Made by a program: the position numbers and the translations under genes. The notes under the pieces are model-generated. The model saw only the letters and a list, made by a program, of their open reading frames with translations, was not told where the DNA came from and did no database searches. From assembly GCF_026626685.1 (NCBI RefSeq), contig NZ_JAPNJX010000001.1:268752-332751 (forward strand): 64,000 nt of DNA, written 5' to 3'. Positions 18,880-27,778 of the stretch are shown here, piece after piece; the stretch's first letter is position 1; each line of letters opens with the position of its first letter. This stretch comes from Nannocystis sp. SCPEA4 (lineage in GTDB: Bacteria; Myxococcota_A; Polyangia; Nannocystales; Nannocystaceae).

Positions 18880-20960
18880 GCGAGCGGCCGGGCGCGAGTA
18901 CATCGTTCCGAACATTTGGCCTGCAAACCCGTTCAGGACGCAAGAGTGCGGGATAACTGCGTTGACAAGCGGGACAGACTCGCTCTAACTCAGGACGATC
19001 GCTCGCCTCCAAAGATCGGCTCCCTCGACAAAGAAGACCTCGCAGACACGTGCGAAGAAGGTATCTGAGAAATCTTCCCGGAAGGTGCTTGACCAATCTC
19101 GGCCCTCTGCCGCCCCCACGTATCATGCAGCCTTCGATGCTCGGAATGATCTTGCCATTCACACTCACAATGCCCGCCTCCTCTTCGCATTGGAAATCCG
19201 ATTCGGGATCGACGACATTCATTCCGCAGCCATCAATTCGCTGACAGATGGTCCGGACGACAAGAAGTGCGACTTAATTCACATTGACCGCGAACAGGGC
19301 TTTGCCGTAATCGCGCAGGCACACGAAAGAAAGAAGGGGAGAGCGGCAGGCTCGGCGAACAAAGCCAGCGACCTCAACACTGCGATTTCGTGGGCCCTCG
19401 GCGAAGAGTTAGATACCCTCCCCAAGCAGATCAAGGAAGCTGCACGTGAACTTCGTGACGCCATCAACGACCAGAGCATCACGCGACTACACGTATGGTT
19501 CGTTCATGGAGCCGCAGAGTCTTCAAATGTACGAGATGAGTTGCGCGCGGTCGAGCGGAATCTGAAACGCCTTATCAGAGATCACAACTGGGCAAAGCTC
19601 GAGACTGAAGTAACAGAAGTTGGGAGCAAGACCCTTGAGGAATGGTACTCAGCGCTGACATCTACAATCCAGGTCGGAGATAAGTTTGAGGTCAAAGTTC
19701 CCGGCGGCTATGTCATCAAAGACGCCGACAATGAATGGGAGGCCGCCGTTACGTCTGTTCCGCTATCTTGGATTCGGGAGGTTTTCCGGCGTCATCGAAG
19801 CAAGTTGTTCTCGGCAAACATTCGTGGATACTTGGGCGTTCGAGACACAGACGAGAACATCAACAATGGGATCAAGAGCACAGCAGTACGTGATCCTTCG
19901 AAGTTCTGGGCCTACAACAACGGCCTAACAGCGCTGGTCCACCGGTTCGAGTTTGATCCTGACTCCCCCTCAAAGCTACTCGTACTCCACGGTTTATCGG
20001 TAGTCAATGGCGCACAGACGACTGGCGCAATTGGCAACATTCCGGACGACATCAGCCCGGACGCCATGGTATCCATTCGCTTTGTCCGCACGACGGACAC
20101 CAGCATCGTACACAACATCATTCGGTACAACAACAGCCAGAACAGAGTTAACGCGTCAGATTTCCGCAGCAACGATAAAATCCAGCGCAGACTGCGGGAT
20201 CAGTTTAAGAGTCTGGATCCAGACATTGTATACCCCGGTGGGCGCCGCGGAGGGGAGTCTGACGCGATGGCTCGCTCCAAGAAGGATTATCTAATTCCCT
20301 CCGATTCCGCTGCACAAGCATTGGCGGCATTTCATCAAGAGCCAGGTTTGGCGTATTTACAGAAAGGACAGATCTGGGAAGATAACGAAACCTATCATAG
20401 ATTCTTCAATGACAAGACGACAGCATCGCACATTGTCTTCGTATTCTCGCTACTGCGTGCGGTCGAGAAAGCAAAATCAGAACTGCGCGAAAGAGCACAT
20501 AGAAACGAGATGACAGAGATCAATGAACGCGCGTACAATTTCTTCCTGGGCCGCGGTGCAACATATTTGCTGATAGCGGCCATCGGAAAGTGCCTGGAGA
20601 CGTTTGCGAAGAAAAGAATCCCAGAAACATTCAGAGTCTCATTTGGGAACGCGCGGTATCAAAGCGCCGTATCCTTCTGGAATCCAATCGTAGAGATTAG
20701 CCTTGCGGGGTGTGGCGTTCTCCAGCCTGCTGTCGATGCCAGACTGAAAGACAGTGCTGTGAAGGATGCATTGGGAAAGTTTCAGCAATTGATCGAGATG
20801 ACCAAACAGGCGAACATTTCGATCTACAATGAGTTCACTCGAAAGATCAAAATCGACTAGTGCGGCGGTCCCCCCGCAGATGCCTACTCCGCTCCCACGG
20901 CTGGGCTTGGCGCTCGTTTTCGCCCATGTGCAATTGGCGGATCTTCACACCAGCCGGTGA
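18880..20960. mobile_element. Low-GC (~50% vs ~72% host) island, ~2 kb, with no integrase or tRNA visible; carries a single AIPR gene
   Basis: Abrupt compositional shift visible in the raw sequence between malG and the S9 peptidase gene. Codon usage is AT-ending, unlike the flanks. Confidence 0.6.
19085..20860 (+). CDS. AIPR-family abortive-infection (phage resistance) protein
   Basis: 591 aa. Segments typical of AIPR (PF10592): RGYLGVRDTDENINNGIKSTAVRDPSKFWAYNNGLTALV, LSVVNGAQTTGAIG, IIRYNNSQNRVNASDFRSND. An N-terminal DGPDDKKCDLIHIDRE block is also present. Confidence 0.7.
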   Translation: MLDQSRPSAAPTYHAAFDARNDLAIHTHNARLLFALEIRFGIDDIHSAAINSLTDGPDDKKCDLIHIDREQGFAVIAQAHERKKGRAAGSANKASDLNTAISWALGEELDTLPKQIKEAARELRDAINDQSITRLHVWFVHGAAESSNVRDELRAVERNLKRLIRDHNWAKLETEVTEVGSKTLEEWYSALTSTIQVGDKFEVKVPGGYVIKDADNEWEAAVTSVPLSWIREVFRRHRSKLFSANIRGYLGVRDTDENINNGIKSTAVRDPSKFWAYNNGLTALVHRFEFDPDSPSKLLVLHGLSVVNGAQTTGAIGNIPDDISPDAMVSIRFVRTTDTSIVHNIIRYNNSQNRVNASDFRSNDKIQRRLRDQFKSLDPDIVYPGGRRGGESDAMARSKKDYLIPSDSAAQALAAFHQEPGLAYLQKGQIWEDNETYHRFFNDKTTASHIVFVFSLLRAVEKAKSELRERAHRNEMTEINERAYNFFLGRGATYLLIAAIGKCLETFAKKRIPETFRVSFGNARYQSAVSFWNPIVEISLAGCGVLQPAVDARLKDSAVKDALGKFQQLIEMTKQANISIYNEFTRKIKID

Positions 20961-21016
20961 ATCCAACCCGCGGTCAGCGCATTCCAAGCCTGGAACCCTC
21001 AGCCCTGGAGAATTTC

Positions 21017-23110
21017 ATGCGCCGTCCTCTGCTCCTGACCGTCGGCCTCGCCCTCGCCGGCTGTAGCGGCCCGTCCGCCGAACCCACCCCGGCCAAGCCC
21101 GCGGCCGCCAAGCCCACGCCGGCGGCCGCGCCGCCCGCCGCCGCCGCCGCGCCGGAGCTCATCCCGCGCGAGGCGCTGTTCGGCAACCCCGAGCGGGCCA
21201 ACGTGCAGATCAGCCCTGACGGCAAGTACCTCAGCTGGGTCGCGCCGGTCGACGGCGTGCTCAACGTCCACGTCGCGCCGGCGAACGAGCCCGCCAAGGC
21301 GCGCGCCGTCACCAGCGACAAGGCGCGAGGCATCGTCCAGTACTTCTGGACCTTCAAGCCCGACACCCTGCTGTACCTGCGCGACACCGGCGGCGACGAG
21401 GACTTCCACCTCCACGCCGTCGACCTCGCCAGCGGCCAGAGCCGCGACCTCTCGCCGTTCCCCAAGACCCGCGCGCAGGTCAACGGCGTCAGCCACCTGC
21501 ACCCCGAGTCCGTGCTCGTCAGGATGAACGACCGCGACCCTCAGTGGCACGACCTCTACCGCGTCGACCTCGCCACCGGCGAGCGGACCCTGCTCGCCCG
21601 CAACGACAGCAAGATCGCCGGCCACATCACCGACTCCGACTTCAAGCTGCGCCTCGCCACGCGCTCGCGCGAAGACGGCGGCATCGACGTCCTCCAGCCC
21701 GACGGCAAGAACGGCTGGAAGGAGCTCGAGCAGATCCCGTTCGACGACTCGCTGAGCACCGGCTACGGCGGCTTCACCACCGACGGCAAGACCGCCTACC
21801 TCCGTGAGTCGCGCGACCGCAACACCATCGCCCTCTACGCGGTCGACCTCGACACGCGCGAGCGGAAGCTCGTGTTCGAAGATCCGCGGGCCGACATCAG
21901 CGGCGTGCTGGCCGACCCGAAGACCGGCGTGGTGCAGGCGGTCGCCGCCAACTACTTGCGCGAGGAGTGGAAGGCGGTCGACCCCGGCATCGAAACCGAC
22001 CTCAAGAAGCTGCAGGCGCTCGGTCCCGGCGTGATCAGCGTCGGCGCGCGCACGCTCGACGACAAGACCTGGATCGTCACCTACTCGGCCGCCGAGGCGC
22101 CCGCGACCTACTACCGCTACGACCGCGGGGGCGAGCCGCAGAAGTTGTTCTCGGCCCGCCCCGCGCTCGACGGCAAGCCGCTGGTGAAGCAGTGGCCGCA
22201 GGAGATCCCGTCGCGCGACGGCCTCACGCTGGTCAGCTACCTCAGCCTCCCGCTGCAGGCCGACCCCGACCAGGACGGCAAGGCCAACACGGCCGTCCCG
22301 CTGGTGCTCTACGTCCACGGCGGCCCGTGGGGGCGCGACACCTACGGCTACGCCCCCTCGCCGCAGTGGCTGGCCAACCGCGGCTACGCGGTGCTGCAGG
22401 TCAACTATCGCGGCTCGACCGGCTTCGGCAAGGACTTCGTCAACAAGTCCAACTACGAGTGGTCGGGCAAGATGCACGACGACCTGCTCGACGCCGTCAA
22501 GTGGGCCGTCAAGCAGGGCGTCACCACCGAGGACCAGGTCGCGATCATGGGCGCCAGCTACGGCGGTTACGCCACCCTGGTCGGCCTGACATTCACGCCC
22601 GACACCTTCAAGTGCGGCGTCGACGTCGTCGGCCCGTCCAACCTCAACACCCTGTTCGCCACCTTCCCGGCCTACTGGGCCAGCTTCATGCAACAGTGGT
22701 ACGGCCGCGTCGGCGACTCGCGCACCGACGAGGGCAAGAAGCAGCTGCTCGAGCGCTCGCCGATCAGCCGCGTCGACCGCATCAAGAAGCCGCTGCTGAT
22801 CGCCCAGGGCGCCAACGACCCGCGCGTCAGCCAGGCCGAGAGCGACCAGATCGTCACCGCCATGCAGGCGAAGAAGATCCCGGTCACCTACGTGCTGTTC
22901 CCCGACGAGGGCCACGGCTTCGCCCGCCCGGAGAACAACAAGGCCTTCACCGCCGTCGCCGAGGGCTTCCTCGGCGCCTGCCTCGGCGGCCGCGTCGAGC
23001 CGATCGGCAAGGACTTCACCGGATCGAGCATCACCGTCCCCGCCGGCGCCGACGGCGTATCCGGCCTGACCGCGGCCCTGCAGTCGCACACGCAGCAGAT
23101 CAAGAAGTGA
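21017..23110 (+). CDS. S9-family serine peptidase (prolyl oligopeptidase / dipeptidyl-peptidase type) lipoprotein
   Basis: Signal MRRPLLLTVGLALAGC. Catalytic GASYGGY and C-terminal alpha/beta hydrolase domain (DEGHGF). The ORF 20957.. was trimmed to the signal-peptide Met. Confidence 0.85.
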   Translation: MRRPLLLTVGLALAGCSGPSAEPTPAKPAAAKPTPAAAPPAAAAAPELIPREALFGNPERANVQISPDGKYLSWVAPVDGVLNVHVAPANEPAKARAVTSDKARGIVQYFWTFKPDTLLYLRDTGGDEDFHLHAVDLASGQSRDLSPFPKTRAQVNGVSHLHPESVLVRMNDRDPQWHDLYRVDLATGERTLLARNDSKIAGHITDSDFKLRLATRSREDGGIDVLQPDGKNGWKELEQIPFDDSLSTGYGGFTTDGKTAYLRESRDRNTIALYAVDLDTRERKLVFEDPRADISGVLADPKTGVVQAVAANYLREEWKAVDPGIETDLKKLQALGPGVISVGARTLDDKTWIVTYSAAEAPATYYRYDRGGEPQKLFSARPALDGKPLVKQWPQEIPSRDGLTLVSYLSLPLQADPDQDGKANTAVPLVLYVHGGPWGRDTYGYAPSPQWLANRGYAVLQVNYRGSTGFGKDFVNKSNYEWSGKMHDDLLDAVKWAVKQGVTTEDQVAIMGASYGGYATLVGLTFTPDTFKCGVDVVGPSNLNTLFATFPAYWASFMQQWYGRVGDSRTDEGKKQLLERSPISRVDRIKKPLLIAQGANDPRVSQAESDQIVTAMQAKKIPVTYVLFPDEGHGFARPENNKAFTAVAEGFLGACLGGRVEPIGKDFTGSSITVPAGADGVSGLTAALQSHTQQIKK

Positions 23111-23462
23111 GCGCCTGCCGGGCACGCCCGGCCCGAGCGGGTCGCTGTCGCACACGCAGCGCCGCACGAGGTGAGCGCCTGCCGATCTTGCAACCGGCGC
23201 GACCCGGGCGGTCGAAGCTCGCGCCGGCGGCACGGCCCATCGCCTCGACCATCCTCGCGTCTCCCGAATTGTCGAGCCCGCGAGGCGGGATCGACCGCAG
23301 CGTGTGCAGGCGTTAAGCGCCTCCTTGCCGCGGAGCCCCCCGCGGTGAGTCGACCTCGAGCGACCTCTCGCCGCCTCCGCGCGGATGCGACCTGCCCCTT
23401 GAGCCAGGGCCATCCTCCGCTCCTGTCCCAAAGACCAGGCGGCGCACCGCTCGCGCACGGTT

Positions 23463-25730
23463 TTGCTATCGTCGCCCTCCGTGCCCGAGACGGAGCCCTC
23501 AGAGGCCGCGCGAGGTTCCCCCCCCGACCCCGCCGCGGCGGCAAGCAGTGCGACCTCGACGCGGCCGACCGGCGCACACCGGATCGCCAGCGCCGAGGCG
23601 ACCGGCTTCTTCGACGCGCTGCCGCACGGCACCGTGCTGATGCGGCTGTGGGCCCGCTTCGGCCTGCTCATGGGCCAGCAGCTGGCCCGGGTCGTGCGCG
23701 ACGACCACGTGTTCCTGATCGTCATGGCCGCGGTCGTCGGCACCACCAGCGGGATCGCGGCCGGCGCGTTGCTGGCGTGGATCGACTACGCCTTCCGCCT
23801 GTTCCCCCGGCCCGAGGAGAGCAGCGCGCTGGTCCGCTGGGCCGCGGTCATCGGCGTCCCGGTGCTGGGCGGGCTCGCGGCCGGCGGCCTGCACTTCGTG
23901 CTGCGGCGGATCATCCAGCAGCCGCTGGTCCAGAGCATCCCCGCCGTGATCGAGGCCATCGCCCGCAAGCAGGGCACCATCCGCGGGCGCCAGGCCGTCA
24001 TCGCCGGCGTCGGCACCGGCATCACGATCGGCAGCGGCGGCTCGTGCGGGCACGAGGGTCCGAGCGTCGCCATCGGCGCCGCCGTCGGCAGCGTGCTGGC
24101 CCGCTTCTTCGGCCTGCGCATGCGCTGGCACCTGGCGATGGTCGGGGCCGGCTGCGCCGGCGGCCTCGCGGCGGCCTTCAACGCCCCGCTGGCCGGCGTC
24201 GTGTTCACCGTCGAGATCGTGTTCGGCGGCGCCATCGGCGGCAACATCGGCACCATGTCGGTGTTCGTACCGCTGATCGTCGCCGCGGTCGCCGGCACCT
24301 TCACCTCGCACGCGATCCGCGGCGAGCACCTGACCTTTGCGACAGTCCAGCACGGCGACGCCATGCTCGCCGAGATGGGCCTGTTCGTCGCCCTCGCCGC
24401 GCTCGCCGGGGTGCTCGGCACGCTCATGGGCCGGGCCGTCATCGGCATGACGAAGTGGTTCCAGACGCTGAAGGCCCCCGTCCTGCTCAAGCCGGCGCTC
24501 GGGGCCCTGGGCGTCGGTGTGCTCGCCGCCGTCGTCTCCAACGACGTCCTCGGCGGCGGTCTGCCCACCATCAACGAGGCGCTGCAGGGGCATCTGGGCT
24601 GGCAGCTCGCGCTCGCGCTGCTCGGCCTCAAGATCGTCGCCACCGCGCTGACCGTCGGCAGCGGCGGCTTCGGCGGCGTGTTCACGCCCTCGCTGTACAT
24701 CGGCGCCTGCCTCGGCACCGTCGTCGGCGCGCTCGCCAACTTCGCGCTCGGCCCCGCCGCCGAGTCGACCGCCGCCTACGCGCTCGTCGGCATGGGGGCG
24801 ATCTTCGCCGCCACGATGCAGGCCCCGCTGACGCCGATCGTGATGATCTTCGAGCTCACCCGCGACTACAAGCTCATCCTCCCGCTGATGCTCGGCTGCA
24901 TCCTCGCGGTGTTCGTGGCCCGCCGCATGTCGCCGCGCAGCCTGTTCCAGGAGGTCCTCCACCAGCAGGGCGTGGTGCTCGGGCACGAGGCCGAGGTCGA
25001 GGTCATGAAGCGCGGCCACGTCGCCGACCTCATGCGCCCGCCCCCGCGCCCCCTGTCCGAAGGGACAGGCGCCGCCGAGGTCCGGCGCGTCGCCCTCGAC
25101 GAGGGCCGCTCGCCGTTCGTCGTCGACGACACCGGCGCCGTGGTCGGCTTCATCGACGCCGACCTGCTGGCCAAGCGCGTCCTCCACGGCGACGTCCCGG
25201 CCGACGCCGCCGCGCGCGACCTCATGTCCGACGTCCAGCTCGCCCTCCTCTACCCGACCGACACCCTCGCCGGCGCGATGCTGGCCTCGGCGCGGGCCGC
25301 TACCGAGGTCCTGCCGGTCGTCGACCACGAGCGCCGGCTCGTCGGCGTCATCCGCCGCGGCGACCTGCTCGCCCACTACAGCGACAAGGTGCTCGGCCAG
25401 CAGGAAGAGGCCGTGCACATGCACACCACCGGCGGCGCCGTCCACGGCCACGAGGTCGGCCTCGGCAAGGGCATGATCCTCGACCACATCGTCGTCGGCC
25501 GCCGCTGGGCCGGCCGCACCCTCGCCGACCTGGCCCTGCGCTCCCAGACCGGCTCCACCGTGGTCGAGTGGCTGCGCGGCGACGCCCCGCTGGCGCTCGA
25601 CCCCAACGCCCCGCTGCAGCACAACGACGTCCTGGCGATCGTCGGCACCCGCGAGCAGATCCTCGCCGCCCGGCGCATGGGCCCGACCCACCCCGGCGTG
25701 CCGGTCACGCCGCCGCCGATGCGATCTTGA
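23463..25730 (+). CDS. ClC-family chloride channel/transporter with C-terminal CBS pair and TrkA-C (RCK_C) domain
   Basis: GSGGSCGHEGPSV selectivity motif. GKEGP-like motifs. Two CBS domains, then a GMILDHIVVGRRWAGRTLADLALRSQTGSTVV RCK_C domain. The start may be an internal Met (~23640). Confidence 0.85.
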   Translation: MLSSPSVPETEPSEAARGSPPDPAAAASSATSTRPTGAHRIASAEATGFFDALPHGTVLMRLWARFGLLMGQQLARVVRDDHVFLIVMAAVVGTTSGIAAGALLAWIDYAFRLFPRPEESSALVRWAAVIGVPVLGGLAAGGLHFVLRRIIQQPLVQSIPAVIEAIARKQGTIRGRQAVIAGVGTGITIGSGGSCGHEGPSVAIGAAVGSVLARFFGLRMRWHLAMVGAGCAGGLAAAFNAPLAGVVFTVEIVFGGAIGGNIGTMSVFVPLIVAAVAGTFTSHAIRGEHLTFATVQHGDAMLAEMGLFVALAALAGVLGTLMGRAVIGMTKWFQTLKAPVLLKPALGALGVGVLAAVVSNDVLGGGLPTINEALQGHLGWQLALALLGLKIVATALTVGSGGFGGVFTPSLYIGACLGTVVGALANFALGPAAESTAAYALVGMGAIFAATMQAPLTPIVMIFELTRDYKLILPLMLGCILAVFVARRMSPRSLFQEVLHQQGVVLGHEAEVEVMKRGHVADLMRPPPRPLSEGTGAAEVRRVALDEGRSPFVVDDTGAVVGFIDADLLAKRVLHGDVPADAAARDLMSDVQLALLYPTDTLAGAMLASARAATEVLPVVDHERRLVGVIRRGDLLAHYSDKVLGQQEEAVHMHTTGGAVHGHEVGLGKGMILDHIVVGRRWAGRTLADLALRSQTGSTVVEWLRGDAPLALDPNAPLQHNDVLAIVGTREQILAARRMGPTHPGVPVTPPPMRS

Positions 25731-25912
25731 GGACATGTTCCTGAGGACATGGCTTTCGCAACAGTCTAGAAAGGGCATGTCCCAAGGACATCCCGCGACG
25801 GACGTCCTGCTCGACCGTGTCGTGACGCCCCACCACTGCCACCGCACCTCGACGGCCGGGCCGACGAAGCCAGGTCCCCGCCGAGCCGCTCGCTCCGCCA
25901 GCGTCGCTCGTC

Positions 25913-26428
25913 GTGACGCCTCACGACAAAACGCGCTACCCTCCGCCCGTGCCGCACGACGCCCAGGGCTGGATCGACGCGCTTCACCTCGTCCCGCACC
26001 CCGAGGGCGGGCACTACCGCGAGACCTACCGGGCCGGGCTCGCCGTCGAGCGCGACGGCCAGTGGCGCAGCGCCTCGACCGCGATCTACTACCTCCTGCG
26101 CCACGGCGAGCGCTCGCGGCTGCACCGGATCCGCAGCGACGAGCTGTGGCACTTCCACGCCGGCGATGGGCTCCAGGTCCACGTGTTCGACGCGCGGGGC
26201 CACGCCGTCATGCGGCCCGGCCTCGACCTCGCGGCCGGCGAGGCCCCCCAGCAGTGGGTGGCCGCCGGCGCGTGGTTCGGCGCCGAGGTCGAGCGGCCGG
26301 GCGGCTGGGCGCTCGTCGGCTGCACCGTCGCCCCGGGCTTCGAGTTCGCCGACCTCGAGTTCGCCGACCGCGACGCGCTCCTCCGCGCCCACCCGGCCCA
26401 CGCCGACGTCATCGCCCGCCTCGCCTGA
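25913..26428 (+). CDS. Cupin-fold protein, DUF985 (YML079w-like) family
   Basis: WIDALHLVPHPEGGHYRETYR at the N-terminus is the family signature. Confidence 0.7.
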   Translation: MTPHDKTRYPPPVPHDAQGWIDALHLVPHPEGGHYRETYRAGLAVERDGQWRSASTAIYYLLRHGERSRLHRIRSDELWHFHAGDGLQVHVFDARGHAVMRPGLDLAAGEAPQQWVAAGAWFGAEVERPGGWALVGCTVAPGFEFADLEFADRDALLRAHPAHADVIARLA

Positions 26429-26548
26429 AGCTCGCGGTCACGCGCGTGCGGCCCTGAATATTCCTCGGGAACCTCGCCGCGGCGGCGCTGTCTGCCGCTC
26501 CCGAGCGACGCGCGTGCGGCCGGTGGCGGCCGACATGTCCGTCGCGAC

Positions 26549-27109
26549 ATGTCCATTTCGCCAGCTGACTATTCGCTGCCATCGGAGGACCCCGCCGTGC
26601 CCACCCGCAAGCCGCCCGAGGAAGAGACCGTCCAAGCCGACCTCCTGCCCGTCATGAACATCATGTTCTTGCTGATCCCCGCCCTGCTGCTGGCGATGGA
26701 GTTCGCCAGCATGGCCCAGATCTCGGTCGCCGTCCCGCGCACCGTCAGCGAGGTGACCGCGCGGCCGAAGGATCCCAGCCAGCCCGAGCTCGGCTTCAAG
26801 GTGGCGATCGGCCGCGACGGCTTCCGCACCCGCTCCGGCGGCGCCGACGCCGGCCCCGGCACGATCCCCCTGAACGGCGGCGACTACGACTACGCCGCCC
26901 TCGCCGCCGCCGCCCGCGACCTCAAGCAGCTGTTCCCCACCGAGTCGACCGTCACGATCACCGCCGAGGGCGACGTGCCGATGGACGTCCTCGTCCGCAC
27001 CATCGACGTCCTCCGCGGCGACAGCTGCAAGCTCGGCGGCTGGGCCCGCGGCGAGCAGCCGGGCGACGGCTGCCTGTTCTGGACGCCCGTGATCGAGAGC
27101 GTCGGCTGA
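26549..27109 (+). CDS. ExbD/TolR-family biopolymer transport protein (solo, no ExbB/TolQ adjacent)
   Basis: Single N-terminal TM LPVMNIMFLLIPALLLAM followed by a periplasmic domain. The ATG lies inside a GACATGTCC motif, so the start is uncertain (alternative GTG ~26597). Confidence 0.65.
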   Translation: MSISPADYSLPSEDPAVPTRKPPEEETVQADLLPVMNIMFLLIPALLLAMEFASMAQISVAVPRTVSEVTARPKDPSQPELGFKVAIGRDGFRTRSGGADAGPGTIPLNGGDYDYAALAAAARDLKQLFPTESTVTITAEGDVPMDVLVRTIDVLRGDSCKLGGWARGEQPGDGCLFWTPVIESVG

Positions 27110-27344
27110 GCCCGTCGCCTCCTGCTCCCCGAGCGTCAACCCGCCCGAGGCCCCGGCCCGGGCGCGCCGATCATGGATGTCTCATGAGACATGTCCATGC
27201 GAACATCTCACTTCTCGGCGCGGTGACGCTCGTCGCGGTCGCGGCACTAGCGGCAACGCCGCGCGCGCCCTTGCCACTTCAGGCGCCGCGAGGCCGACGG
27301 CGATCGTCCTGGCGCGTTCTCGCGCCATGGGCGCTCTCGCGCCC

Positions 27345-27680
27345 TCAGTACTCCTCGACCCACTCCGCCACGGGCGTGCCCTCGCCGGCGTGGCGCTCGA
27401 GGATGACCGGCAGCTTTTCCTCGGTCACCCCCGGATAGAACCCGCGTCCGCTGACGTCGCGGGGCTCGACGTCCCCGTTCTCGCCGGGGGCCAGCGGCCT
27501 CACGAACACGTTGGGCCCCTCGCTGCAGCGGCCGAAGCAGTTGTAGGCGACCACGTGGCAGCGCGGCTTCAGCCCGGGGTCGGCCGCGATCCCCGCCTTG
27601 AGCAGCGTCACCAGGCGCTCGCTCTCATGGGTGATGCCGCAGCTCGGCCCGTCGCAGACGAGGATCTGAAACCTTCGCAT
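27345..27680 (-). CDS. Thioredoxin-like [2Fe-2S] ferredoxin
   Basis: ILVCDGPSCGI...CHVVAYNCFGRCSEGPNVFV cysteine pattern of NuoE-like 2Fe-2S ferredoxins. Confidence 0.7.
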   Translation of the reverse strand: MRRFQILVCDGPSCGITHESERLVTLLKAGIAADPGLKPRCHVVAYNCFGRCSEGPNVFVRPLAPGENGDVEPRDVSGRGFYPGVTEEKLPVILERHAGEGTPVAEWVEEY

Positions 27681-27778
27681 GGCGCCCGGGCCTTGTAGCG
27701 AACAACGCCCAGGCCCCGCAAGTCGCCCGTCTGCCGGTTTTTTGGCGGTCCGCGGTCCGGCGAGTAGCGTCTCGCTCC

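Noticed and set aside
18880-21016. tRNA or direct-repeat att sites flanking the AIPR island
   Set aside because: No cloverleaf-compatible sequence or flanking direct repeats of 12 bp or more found by eye. The sequence ggtgaatccaac near 20930 only loosely resembles a T-arm.
20999-23746. 915-aa minus-strand ORF
   Set aside because: Antisense to the S9 peptidase gene. Composition typical of reverse-frame translation in high-GC DNA.
23171-25847. 857-aa (+) and 782-aa (-) ORFs overlapping the ClC gene
   Set aside because: Alternative or antisense frames of the ClC channel gene. The ClC frame has the GxEGP/GSGxxxG signatures and CBS domains.
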